In this document: positions 27,401-40,600 of the stretch, one piece after another
How the letters are laid out: every line of letters starts with the position of its first letter
Numbering within the stretch: the first letter of the stretch is position 1
Assembly (NCBI RefSeq): GCF_000150275.1
Contig: NW_002060951.1
Span: 1,374,297 to 1,438,296, forward strand
From: Trichoplax adhaerens
Lineage: Eukaryota; Animalia; Placozoa
Length of the DNA: 64,000 bases
Direction: 5' to 3'
The notes under the pieces: model-generated
Databases searched by the model: none
Seen by the model: the letters and a program-made list of their open reading frames with translations, nothing else
What the model was told of the DNA's origin: nothing
Position numbers and translations under genes: made by a program

Positions 27401-30400
27401 ATCAGGAGATAGTTAGCCAAGAAGAATTGAACAACAACTTACGAAATGAAATAACCGCATTGCAATCGGAAAAGGTTTCCTTAGCAAATGAAATTACGAC
27501 ATTAAAAGAGTCAATTCAATTAATCGAAAAACAAACTGAACAGAGTAAATCAGATTCAGAGCATGATTTAATGGAAAAGAACAGATTTACGGAAGAAAAG
27601 TTAATAGAAATGGAGAAACAATGCAAAGAACTACGAAATGAACTTGATATCATGAAGAATAAGCAAGAAGAGTTGATTACAGAGTCTGAAAAATATGAAA
27701 AAGAAGAAGGAGAAATTGTGTATGATAGTATAACAAATTTAGAAGGTTCTGTTCAAACTAGCTATGTCGATGTTGCTTTGCATGAAGCGGAAGATAAACT
27801 ACAAGATAATTTGAAGCGATTAGTCGACGAATATGCTAATGCTAAGGATGAGATTATAAATCTACAGAATGCGATTGACTCGAACAAGAAAGAAATGGGC
27901 GTTTTAGAAGAAGAAAACAAAAATTTAAAAATGCGACTTGAAAATCATGCTGATAGTGAGAAAGATTCAACCTTAATAAAGGATAACATGGAAGAAAATA
28001 TGAAACAAGTAGCTACCTTGCAGGAGGAAAATGAGACGCTGAAGTTACAATTGGTAACTTTCGCTAATGTTAATGAAGAAGTTGCAAAGTTAAAGAATGC
28101 AATTATAGAAAATGAAAAGCAGATCGAGGCATTAGTAGCAGAAAATAGGAATTTATCAAATAATATTATTGAGTACCAAAATGAGATAAACTCATTGCAG
28201 GAAGAAGATGGTAGAGTTAAGGCGGAAAATACAAATCTCAAGAACAGCATCTCAGAAAATGGTAAGAGCTTGGATGTATTACAACAGGAAATCGCTGGTT
28301 TAGGGGATATCATTACTCAAAACGAGAAGCAAATTAAATTATTACAAGAAGAGAATGCTAGTAATATAACTGAGATTACTGACTTAAAGGCGGTTATTGA
28401 AGAAAATCAAAAATTGATGAAAAATTATAATGATACTGAAGAGGAAAATCTATCCCTAAAACGTACAATTGAACAACATCAAGAGCAGTTACATGCTTTA
28501 CTAGCAGAAAAAGCTAACAGTATTGAAGACAATGCTAACTTGCAGAAAATTATTGAAGAACATCAAAAACAAATTGAATCAATGAAGGAAGAGAAAGCTA
28601 CTGATGAAGATGAAACTGCCAGCTTAAGGCGCCTTTTAGAAAACAATCAGCAAAAACTTGAACTATTGCTAGAGGAAAAGGCGATAAATCAGGAAGAAAA
28701 TGTCAATCTTAAGAAAAATATTGAGCAACATCAAATAGATATTAAATTATTACAAGATAAGAACATCGAATTAACTCAACAGGTAGATACTTTAACTCAG
28801 GCTACGCATGAAAGTAATACATTGACGCAAACTATAAAAGAAAATGAGAAGGCTATTAATTTGTTAGAGGAAGAAAATGACAAACTATGTCAAGAATTAG
28901 CGAATTTTAATAAAACTGAAGAGGAAAATCAACAACTTAGAAATCTAGTTGACAAAAATGAAGAAATGTTACGATCATTGGAAAAAGAAAACAATCGATT
29001 ACAAAGCGTTCTTGATGAAGTTAGCCAACAGTTAATGAATGCATTCAACGAAGTCAGCGGTATTAAACATAAATATCAAGACTTGCAAATTGTATTGGAA
29101 GAGGATGCGGTTAAATTGGCCTCATTAACCAGTGAAAATAATAAAATGAAAGGAGAAAGTAATGAAATGAAAGAAGAAAATAATAAACAAGTGTTATTAA
29201 TCGAACAGCTGCGAGATGAAAATTTCGAAATGGTAGAGAGATTAAATGAGATTATTATGGAGCAGAAGTCTGGGGATGAAATTGAACAAAAATACATTAA
29301 GCAGTTAGATGAAATCAATTTAGCGAAGGTTAGCGATTATTATTAATGTGGAAATTTCGTAAATTTTACACATTTATTTACTTCTCGGCGGTATTATTCA
29401 TAATAATTATGACAATAATATTATATTGAGCAATCAATGTTCTTCTCTCATGCTAATTTTCTAACGATATCGCCGTCTACATATGATGATGCACAAAGTA
29501 GGAATAACGATGTCACTGTCACTATTATTTGTTACTAATTACATATCGTTCTATAATTCAAGAATGCTGCAAATATTACCATAAAAGAACTCGAAGATTC
29601 TTTATTAAAGTATGAATAAGTGCTTTTTTATAAACATATCTGCAAGTATATTAATAGAATATCACTTAATTTTTAGGATAACTGAAGAGAAAACTGAATA
29701 TAAAGAGAAGTACTCAGTTGCTCTTTCAAAGGTATAACATAATGTATCTAACAATTTCAACTTTACTTGGTGATGATATGTAGTGTAATTAGCACTCATC
29801 GGATGCATTCGCTTATTTCTAGATTGAACAAATTCAAAATGAATTAATTCAAACTCAAGGATTCCTAGATGAAAAGAAGCAACAATATCAAGCTTCGGCA
29901 GACGTTATAGAGGAATTGAATGTATGTAATTCATACAGGATGGTAAACTGATTGTATTCTGATCTTAATAAGTAATTTATATATTTAAAAAGTATAAGCT
30001 AAAGACTGCCCAAGGCGATTATAAGCAAATTAAAGAGGAATTAGATTTGGTAAGCCTTTGGATTTATTTTATATAGTTTCATACGGTTTTAATGATGTAG
30101 CTATTGATATTTAATGTTACTACTGGTAAACTTGATCGCAGGTTAAGTTTGAGTGGAATGAGAAAGCTACAGATTGTGAATATCGTGTTGAAGAAAAAGA
30201 AGGCAAGATTCATGACCTGAAGGCTGAAATTGATATAATGCGCCAAAATGTACATCATCATGAAGAAACGAAAGAAAACGTTCTCCATTTACAAAACCAA
30301 CTCGCAGAGGCAGAACAGAAGGTTAGAATACAAATCTAAACTATATACATACCCGTATACGGTAAAAATATTATATTTTAGATAAGTATACAGTATAATA

Positions 30401-33339
30401 TATTGTACGATTTTAATGTACATGGAAGTAGGCTCAAAATAATTTATTTTTGCTGCAACATAACAGGTCACATCAATTGAATTGGAAAAAGATCATGTAA
30501 GCAATTGATAGTATATTTACCAACTTATAGATGTATTGTTAATAGCTATAATTGTTATTAATAGGCTATTGCAATAAAAATGAAAGAAATTGATGAAGTT
30601 AATGATCAATTAGCCATTGTTGAGCTGAAGTATGAAGAAATAAAAGAAGAAATGGTGCGAAATCTACAATTTTAATTAATTTTTATTATTATTGGATGAT
30701 TAGGCTACATTTCTTTGATATGATTTGATAATATCATTAATTAATTATTTTAATTTTATTGTATTTACGATATGATTAGGAGGAAACAATCAGTCGTCGT
30801 CAGCAAGAACTGGCAGCATTAAACGAAAATGAAGAATCATTGAAAGGTTTGGCTACATCTAGACCATTTAATAATAAAAATTGATCTATTAGTAGATTTG
30901 AATATATCTCTTTTATTAACGTCACAACTTAGCTGAACTTAAAGAACATAAAGTTCGTACCCAAAAATTGGAAGAAAATTATAACGTAATTGTTGGACAA
31001 CTTAAAGACCAAATAGCAGCACTTCGTGTAAGTGTAGTGTAATTAATTTTATTAATTCTTTTGAAGTTCAAATAGCGAGTGTTTAGTTGTATAAATATAT
31101 ACCGCATATATATATATATATTAATTTTAGGAGGAAGTGGAATGCGTTAATGGTAATTATGCGAATGTAGTAGCTGAGAATAATTCTCTAAAGAAAGAAG
31201 TCAACGCTAAATTAGGTTTGTGTAATATTTAGCGATTAAGTTTAAGTTCTGTATAATATCTTCCTTACCGATGCTTAATTGGTTGATTAATAAAGTTCTT
31301 TTTCCGTAAAAGGCTTCTCTTTGTATTTAATGTATATATATGTGTATTATAACTATTATAGAAGAACTTGATGCATTATTGGAAGAAAATAAGGCTCTGC
31401 AGGCTATTCAAGCTAAATTAGAAGATGTCATTAAAGACAAGGAACTAGAAACTGATCATCAACAGCAAAATTTGAAAGTTAGTTTTAACTTGTTTTATGA
31501 TTTAATATATCATATTAGTAATTGATTGATTAGGTGGATCTAATTTAAATATATTTATTTCTTTATTTAGACAAAATTGCAACATGCTGATGATGAGGCA
31601 CAATATTATCGTAGGCATATGAAAGAACTGGAAAAAATTATTGATGAACAAGAGGGTAAATGTTGTATTTACAATATTGTACATCAAGTCTGGTCAAGTG
31701 GTGAATTTAATTACATGACAATAGTTACTATATATGATAATAATTATTGTATTCATTTTTATATTTTTATAGAGGAATTGCAAGACAATCGAAATGAAGT
31801 AAACGAACTTAAAGACAAATTATCGAAGGTAACCGACTCTGTTTCCTCAAGTCAAAAGGAAATTACCCAATTAAAGGTAATAACTACTATATACGCATGC
31901 ATCATCAATCAGAGACGATGATAATTAATTTAATGATTGTCAATCATTACATACTACTAGACAGTAACTGAAATATTGATGGCGCAATTTTCATATATAA
32001 ATTAATAATTAGGAAAATAATACTGCTATGGTCGGCCAAATTGCTAAATTAGAAAAGGAAAGAGCTGGTTTAGAAAAATCGTAAGTATAATTCAATATCG
32101 CTATAACGAAATTTCTATTGTCTTTTTTCCAAACTTTAGCTGTATGAATAATTAATAGAATTGGCTATATTTGTTATACCTTTTATACAGATAGTAAATT
32201 ATAAATGATCTGTTAATCATCAAAATTATTTGTAATACGATAGAATAAGAGATGCTCAAGAGCTTATCGATTATAAAGAAGCTAAACTGAAAAAATGCCG
32301 TAGCGAAATTCGTAGGATGAAAGAAGAGCATCACAATGGAACTAGTAAGTTGTGGAATGTATTACTGTTATTTCCTTGATTACTGGTTTCTTAAACTCCC
32401 TTTTTACTTTAATCTAGTCCAATTAAATGATAAAGCGCGTGAAACTGAAAACTCTCTTGCAAGTAATACAAAATTCTATCAGCTCGAAGCTAAAATCAAG
32501 ATGTTAGAAGATACAAATAGGAAATTAACTACATCTCTGAAAGAAAAATCTGTCCTTCAGTGAGTTATTTGATAATACTTGAATTAATTTTTAGAATAAA
32601 AGGGATAATAAAGATGATTTAATAACATTTTTAGGACCAGAAGTAAGCAAAAGACTGCCCAAGAAAATAGTAAACCTGAAACTCGAGGTGTTTTAGCAGG
32701 TAAACTAGATAAAAAATATGCATCTATTGATTATGTACGTGTGCTAATTAATTACCTGACAGGGTTATTGTCAGCAAAGACGGTATCGATTGTCATTGCT
32801 TACACTTGCAGTTTATTTTAGTTATGTAGCTAATTTCCTGCTTACGTAAAAATGTTCTTTATATCTGATTATTTGGCCGTACTCGAGTTTTAACCTTAAA
32901 AGGAGTTTATAGAAATATTTTATACAAGTATTTAGAAATGTCTTCATTAAAGTAAATTCATCGATGATTGTTACTATAGTCAATACAAGATGCATTCATA
33001 TCATCGACAATTAGGATGATGTAGTCTACAGGAAATATAAAATCGATATAGAATACATGAAGTATCACCACATGATAGCTTCTAATGCGATTGCAATATT
33101 AGTTTATATTTAAGTTTTGATAAAGCAATTGCTATTTGCTCGATTCATTTTACCTATACATACGTATATAGCCGTATACATATATGCATAGATATTGACT
33201 TAAAAAATAATTTTCTTTCCATGGAGCAGATATCAGCCATGAAAATCAAGCAACGAAAGATATCGTTAAAACTAAACCACTGCGTATACCTCTTTCCTTA
33301 AGCCATAGTACCACGTTAAGGAACGAAAATATCGAATAA
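21427..33339 (+). CDS. CENPE: Kinesin-7 / centromere protein E
   Basis: Motor motifs across exons: [29 protein letters not shown] (P-loop), [51 protein letters not shown]-type RRETWCPG motif at ~25010. Very long coiled coil, including one ~3.65-kb exon (~25679-29328). Probable last exon 33230-33339 ends ...LRNENIE*. Confidence 0.9.
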
Positions 33340-33597
33340 GGGAACAGTCTTTTTAATTCAGCATTTTCTCCCTGATACTCAGATTGTTCTAGCTCTATAC
33401 TGTTTATAATTTAAAGCTATTGCTCGTTATGGTTATACCTCTTTCCTCAAGACGTAATACCATCTTAAGGAACGAAAATGCCGAATAAGAGAACAGTCTT
33501 TTAAAGATTCAGCATTTTCTTTTCACAGTTAAATTGTTCTAGCTCTGTACTGTTTATAATTTAAGGCTGCTAAATAAAATTGGTCGTTATGGTTACC
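33285..33597 (+). repeat. ~150-bp direct tandem duplication spanning the CENP-E stop codon
   Basis: tacctctttcct.aag...ttaaggaacgaaaat..cgaataag.gaacagtctttt...ttcagcattttct...ttgttctagctct.tactgtttataatttaa.gct..tcgttatggtta occurs at ~33287 and ~33436. Confidence 0.9.
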
Positions 33598-34161
33598 TTC
33601 ATAACGATATCATGCTTTATCTACTGTAATGAACGAATATCCAATGAGGATTACGTTCAGTTAGTAAATTAATTTACTTTTACGACTATTTTCTCATTTA
33701 TTAAGTAGAGAGAAAAGAGTTATCTTAACACCCAATATCCGTTACTGTTGCGGTATATAGATTTAGATATTATATATAATATATACGTAAATGTATAATA
33801 TATACAGTAAACGCACCCAAAATATATGTACATGCTTGAGCGTTATTGTATACAATATACTTAACTACGTCTACCTTGTTATAATCATCAATAACTTGCT
33901 GTTATTAATTAATTTTGTTGATTGTGCGTTTTTTCTCAATTTTAATAGTAATTGTACAAGATATTTCTTTGCATCAATTTAATCTATCATTAAAAAGTAA
34001 ATTTTTATGCACGTTGAAGTGCAGACAGTTTCAATGATGTAGTGCTTATAAGCTAGCTATCTATTTCATCAAGATTTACATCCGCTTATAGCGGCCATGA
34101 ATCTTTAGCCACAGTACATTGTAATACTGCATGCGTCTTCTTGCGGACGTCACCATGACTA

Positions 34162-34355
34162 TCATCGTCTAGAATCTCGGATTGCGGTGGATTTATCCAT
34201 CTTGATAACGAGATAATACAATAAATTATCGATAGGACATTTTCTGTTTCCAGCTTAAAGCTCATCGTCTAGGATCTCGATCGCAGTGGATTGATAAACC
34301 TTGATAACGAGGTGATGCTGTTGTCTATGGAGCATTTCCCCTTCCAATTGAAAGC
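34162..34355. repeat. Two-copy ~100-bp tandem duplication, intergenic
   Basis: tcatcgtctag.atctcg..gc.gtggatt...cttgataacgag.t.at at 34162 and 34262. Confidence 0.8.
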
Positions 34356-34773
34356 TGTGTTATGCTTGCGGAAGGATTTTTACTCACGATCGTATAGGTT
34401 GTTTGGGAATAAAAAATCTTCAAACAAATGTTAACGATGTTAGTAATAATAACCAGCATTAATGGCGCCATGATAATAACTATCTAGTGTTCGAAGTCAT
34501 TCATCTCTTGTAACATTACCGTATCTTTTACCTTCTGACAGTCAGTGAATTATGGATTACTGCGCTTGGTATCTTCTAAATATCGCTGATCCGATAGAAT
34601 CATCAATATGTGATAATCGATCAGCCTACTGCATTTACTGTAGAAGTTATCATTCAGGATTTGTACAAGTTTAAAGTATTTAATTAAAAAAATCGATGCT
34701 TACATGAAAGAAGGATATAGGCAAGAGCAGCATCATGTTGATGTCTTCCTGTAAATTGTTACTTGTTAAACAG

Positions 34774-35372
34774 CAAGATAACAGGCGTCACTCCTCCGCC
34801 TGACCTGTCGAGGTATTGTTGCTTGATGAAATGCAAGGTAATAGGCGTCAAGTGTATCTGATATCATGCGTCACTCCTCAGCCTGACCTGTCAAGATATT
34901 CTAGATGGATGAAATGCAAGATAACAAGGCGTCAAGCGTACTGTATCTGATATCATGCGTCACTCCTCCGCCTGACCTGTCAACGTATTCTTTGCTTGAT
35001 GAAATGCAAGATAATTACAGTATAATAGGCGTCACTCCTCAGCCTGACCTGTCAAGATATTCTAGATGGATGAAATGCAAGATAACAGGCGTCAAGTGTA
35101 TCTGATATTATGCGTCACTCCACAGCTTGACCTGTCAAGATATTCTAGATGACTGAAATGCAAGATAACAGGCGTCAAGCGTATCTGATATAAGCCGTCA
35201 CTCCTCGACCTGACCTGTCAAGATATTCTAGATGACTGAAATGCAAGGTAACAGGCGTCAAGCGTATCTGATATAAGCCGTCACTCCTCAGCCTGACCTG
35301 TCAAGATATGCTTGTTTGATGAAATGATAAAATAATAAAAAGCGTCAAGCATGTCTGGTTTTCGTGTCACTC
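34774..35372. repeat. ~83-bp minisatellite, 7 copies plus a partial, upstream of REC114
   Basis: Unit gcgtcactcctcagcctgacctgtcaagatattctagatg..tgaaatgcaagataacaggcgtcaag.gtatctgatat starts at 34785, 34868, 34957, 35029, 35112, 35195 and 35278, with a partial copy at 35364. Confidence 0.95.
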
Positions 35373-35666
35373 TTTGAATGTCACCTTTGGAGATATATGA
35401 CCTAGCAAACTTAGCCAATATCTGCCAGTGGGTTGTTGTATAACAAATATCAACTTTGCTATATCATAGGAAAGGTAAGGAAAGGGTCAAGTATACCCGG
35501 TTACAACCTGCAGGAGTCACTCCTTCGTCGTCGGCTGTCGCAATATTGGTGTTGACGCACCACTGGTGGATATTCTCTTCAAAAGAGAAATCATAGCCCG
35601 TTTCTTGCTATTTGTGTCAGGCCTCCGCGACCGTTCTCGTTGTAACATCTCAATCAACAATTCGCT

Positions 35667-37075
35667 ATGGCGACTTTCCAATTTGTTCAGCACTTCCTGC
35701 TTAATAGCTATATCCGTCCAATTTCAAGACTTTCTGCAAGTAATAAAAGCGGCAAAAGAAAATCCAATAATCAAGTACATTCCGGCATTCTCGACGGCAA
35801 TTGGGAGGTAAGCTTAATTCGTACAGTAGTTGCTAAGCATCCTATTATGAATGATTTTCTAAATCTCCAACTCGTATATTGTGTAATCTTATTACATTGA
35901 CTACGACACTGAAGGTTTTCAATTCAGGTGAAGATGGCACACTATCTTTAACTCTGGTCAATCAAGTTCACTTACTAATCACGAATAAAACAACGACCTT
36001 GGTAAACACGTACAGTATCAACAGATATTAGAATTATTATTAGGAGAAGACGCTAGTGTACACTACTAGATAGCAAATTAATTCATAAATTTCTTCTTGA
36101 TTTTGATTTGATTCAAGCATTACCTAAATAATTTATTTAACGGAATAACTTCCATGGACACATTCTAATAAACATATTTAGGAGAGCTATTTTCTCTATG
36201 ATCAGAACTTAACTCTAAATGGAATTGTACTGAATGATAGCATTGCCTTGTTAGAAACCAAACGTGTAAGTAACATCTTGCTATACTGCACAGCAGATTG
36301 CAACGTCGTTTGCTTAAAATATCGTTACAATATAGGTATTGTAATGATTGTAGTATGGAGCTAGGTATTGGTGGACCTGCTCTACAAAGAATACGATAGT
36401 TACCGTGAATATGAAATACAGTTACCAAAATCCACTAATAACGAAATTTTGAATACTCGAATTTGAATTCAATGATACTCGTAGATCGTCATTTTAATGC
36501 ATTTGACAACTATTAATATGATTAACGGTGTTATATGTGTATTTTATCGACTGTAGAATAAATCATTAAAACAATTCCAAATTCAGTTCAAAGGCGACAT
36601 AGTAGATGGAAAATCTGGAGAAAACTGTTGCCAAGAATTTATTTCACTCGTGTCCGATTATATTACAATCAACTCCGTCCAGGATCACAGCTTTAACGAT
36701 AGATCAGCTTCATTACCGTTAATGCAATGTAATAATAAATTTATTGATAGAAATAACTATACTCTATTCGATTATCTCGCAGGATTGCCTGCAACAAACA
36801 ACGTCAATGTCTCACAAACTCAGCAATCCAGTAATAATAACTGTAGAGATCAAGTCACTTCTGTCGATCGTTCCAATTTTCCTGCAATCAAAGATATGAT
36901 AGCAAACTTACTTCATTGCACTGCGGCTGATAATGATGACCTTTCGCATCTAATTAATACAGATGGAACGGAACTCATAAAAGTATACATAAAAAATCTA
37001 TTACTGGATGAAAATTTTCCTGCTTTCGTAGAATTGGTAGAAAAAGAACTAAAGAAATTAGCGGATTACGTGTAA
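35667..37075 (+). CDS. REC114: Meiotic recombination protein REC114
   Basis: Four exons (35667-35807, 35915-36001, 36182-36265, 36557-37075) join in frame through phase-0 GT-AG introns. N-terminal PH-like region: NWEVFNSGEDGTLSLTLV..HLLI..LESY..NKSLKQFQIQFKG..ENCCQEFISLVSDYITI. C-terminal signature LLLDENFPAFVELVEKELKKLA closely matches vertebrate REC114 (L.D.NFPAFVE.VEKELKKLA). Confidence 0.88.
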
Positions 37076-37606
37076 AAAGATCGCATTACATGCTTAGATA
37101 GTGCTAATGGATAATTAAGTATCAAAGATAGGAATACACTGTACTTGGATTGAAATGTTTCAGTGATCAATGGTGGTATTCGATGCTCAATTATTTGCAG
37201 AAATTTTTTCTACATATTCCGTGGCAAAGGAAGTCGAAGGATTTGTAATAATCCTTACTGTAAAGTACTGTCAACGTTCAATAGATTCACTGTAATCGTC
37301 ATTAGGACGAATTAATCATAACATAAATTATAGCTATCGAATAGCGAAAAATATTTAAAACAACAAATTTATTCCTATTTATTAAGAAAATTATCCAACT
37401 TGTATCTCTCCTAATCAGTTGGTATATGGATAGAAACATAACTATTTTATACATATCCTCGGATTGAGGCAATAAGCATTTAGTAAACATTTTGTACTGA
37501 CTTTGCACATGCGTTTCCTATAGCAGGCTCGTTATATTGCTAAAATTTATTAGTATGGATGGTACATTTTCAATAAACCATCGTGCGACGTATACTTCGA
37601 TATTTA

Positions 37607-40600
37607 CTAAGACAGCAAGGAATTCGTAGCGATACTATAACTTTTAACTCTTGAAAAATACAACGGTGTATAAGATTTATTGATTTCGAAGTTACCAGTA
37701 TCTACACGCCCTAAAAATCTAACAGAATGAAGAGTGATTGATTAAAAGTAATGTTGATTATATTGTTATAAGATCGATGCTTTATTATCAGGTGAAAGCA
37801 TACAACTTACCGATTTGTGCTTTGATAGGAAAATTTAGACCATGATAAATACCAATTAAATTTTTTGCGAGGTTTCGATAAGGTAAATTCCTATCGTTTT
37901 AATACAAGCATACCGATATTATTGGAAGCTGCCAGGGCTTAATAATAGACTATTTTGTATTACTGAATAGCACTTATGCTACAGGATCTAATTCAAAGTG
38001 TAATTAATTAGCATACATGACTAAGTACAAATTAAAAACAAAACGCTTCATGAAAGCATAATTTAATTCTTGTAGAATGCCTATACTGAATCTATGAAGT
38101 ATTAGTGAAGAACAATACCATTGTAAAAGTTGTCTGAGACTGCGGTTTATCCATTTTAGAACGACGTTTTGGCGAAGAGTTGACGACGATTGATACCTTC
38201 ATTAATATTAGAGAGTAGTAATAATACAAATAACCTTATTTATAAATATTATCTTCCTTTGCGAACTACTAATAAGTTCTAATTAATTTAATATAATTAA
38301 TTAGAATGAGAAAAATTTCTGAGTTGCTATCATCAAACCTACTATGACTAGATTATACAGCATTTTATGATCTTAATATAATCTAATCAGTGCTGTTGCT
38401 GTAGTATTACCAAAGGAAAGATGTTATTTAAGTAAACTTACCGTATCGTTGGTTAGCGTGTAATAACCAAGTGATGCCGTAGATGATCCAGCTGCTTTAC
38501 GTCGATAAAATTGCGGAATAATAGTTGTTGGTTCCGCTGATGATGTTAACGACAGGACTTTACCTGAAATAAAAACAACGAAACTAACCATATAGTGCAA
38601 CTCTTTAAAGCACAATTTTTGTAATTAATTAGGTATGTATAGTGTTACGAATATTGGCAGAGTTAACCCGTGCTAACGTATTACAAGCCTAACCATCACT
38701 ATAAAATCGAAGATATCTGTAACAATTGACCAGATGGAAAGGCTTATATAAATTGTCCAAAGACTTTTCTCCTGGCCTAAAATATGACATTTTGCTAATA
38801 TATATTCCTAAAAGACATTGGTTAAAGTAATTAATAATATCTATGACCTTTGTTACTTAAAATTTAAATTTAAAGGTGCTCTTGCTACACTATTGAATCA
38901 GAAATATAATACCGTCAAAGCGAAGATGTGGCTTGGTAATGAACATTTCTCTCCATCCGTCAAAATCTTTTATAGTCCGACATGATAATTCACCATACAC
39001 CCTAAAACGAAAGCAATATGCCGTTACGATCCATTATGAAGGTGCTGAAATTTCTATCTCTTTATCAGCAATGAAAAACATCGACAGATATTTGTGATAA
39101 CAATGTTACTTACTTATAACAGGCGAGTCGCCATAGGATAGGATCACGGGCACAAATGTAGAATCCGCGACTAACCTGGAACAGTCCCACACAGTATTAA
39201 TAATTAATTACATTAATATCAAATGTACTCTACATCGATAGATAAAATTACCATAGAAAGCTGTTCTAGTGATCTCATATCTACTTCAGATGATACCACC
39301 CATTTGAAAATATACATCAGAATTTCAGTTGGCAAAACTGAAATGTGTACCGCCTTAAGGCATATGTAAACCGATTAATTTCATCACAGTAATCGATAGA
39401 AGAACAGGTGGGAGTTATATAACAAAATTACTGCCTATAAATAAACCTTGAAGCAAATGCAATACAAAAGAATGTTACCGTAGTTTCAATTTCGGTGTCA
39501 CAAGTTCGACCCATGGTATAACTCTTAAATCTTTCCACTATATTACTAAGATTTTCCTCACTGCAGAAAATTATGATTAAAATTGTTACCGATTCCGATT
39601 AGATCATTCGAGGTAATATCTAGTAGCATGCAAGCTGAGATATGAAATTTTTAAGTGAAGTTGCTAAACAAAGTATTACGATACAGTCAGTATATGGTTC
39701 TGTTATATTAACAATCGTACACATCTTCGTTGTTTTCATCATTTTCTATTTCTTTGATAAGAAAATTAAATAGTATTAGTAATTGCGTTTACACATATCT
39801 AGAAGAGCTAGTAAACCTTGGTTTCCGGGGAATTCTTCGATTTCTAAACAATTTTCGATATCTGGCTTTAATCTTATGGCCTCTCGATAGTAATGCACAG
39901 CTATGGACGTAAAATTAGATCAATGATCATACTTATTGCACTAACTCTTCCAGCTGTATCTCCCTTTTTACTTTCTCTGTAGCTGTTAACGATCATTCAG
40001 AGATACGTCTTATTTTAGCTTGGAAAATTTTGTTAAAATAGCATACCAGCATCACAGTTGCCATTTCGTTCCGATTCTATTCCTTGTTGGTATAGCATTT
40101 TCGCCTTAAAAGTGGAGTACAGTGGGAGTTAGTGATATATTAAGTTAATCGATATCACTGTTTTCAACTGAGATTCATTTGCACCTTGTGTAGTTCGATT
40201 TCTTTCTCCTGAACGGTTTCATCATTAAGATTAACTCTATCAAACTCTACTTGAAGTACAGACTCCTGATTTTGATTATTATCCAAACCACTAATGTTAT
40301 TGCGAATTGATGTCCTAACAGTATCGTGACTTGTTAGAGGGGAAGTCTGCAGAGTGAGATCTATATTATTTTGATTTCTTTTTATTTCATTACGCCATTT
40401 CTCGCGAAATTCCAGTAGCTCATTTCGAAGATTTCGATCCTAAATAAACATATAATATTGATTATAATTATCGACGCATCTAGTCCACCGGATGTAACTA
40501 TCGCTGAAGGTAATAGCCTACAAAAGGCAAATTATGGAGTGATAGGTTGTACAATGTACATTGTATAGGACAGAATTAAACAGTATCCTGTGTGATGACT

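Noticed and set aside
27945-29318. Minus-strand ORFs opposite CENP-E (similarly 9289-9519, 45300-45974, 2657-3647)
   Set aside because: Antisense shadows of real coding exons.
31106-31121. (TA)n microsatellite; also poly-A at 59221-59234
   Set aside because: Ordinary simple repeats.
34273-34312. EF-hand-like peptide DLDRSGLINLDNE
   Set aside because: Isolated, not preserved in the sister repeat copy, and no gene model.
34905-35105. 66-aa ORF with repeated VTP.PDLS
   Set aside because: By-product of the 83-bp minisatellite; the unit length is not a multiple of 3.
34774-35372. CRISPR-like appearance of the regular repeat
   Set aside because: The whole unit repeats with no unique spacers, there are no cas genes, and the context is eukaryotic.
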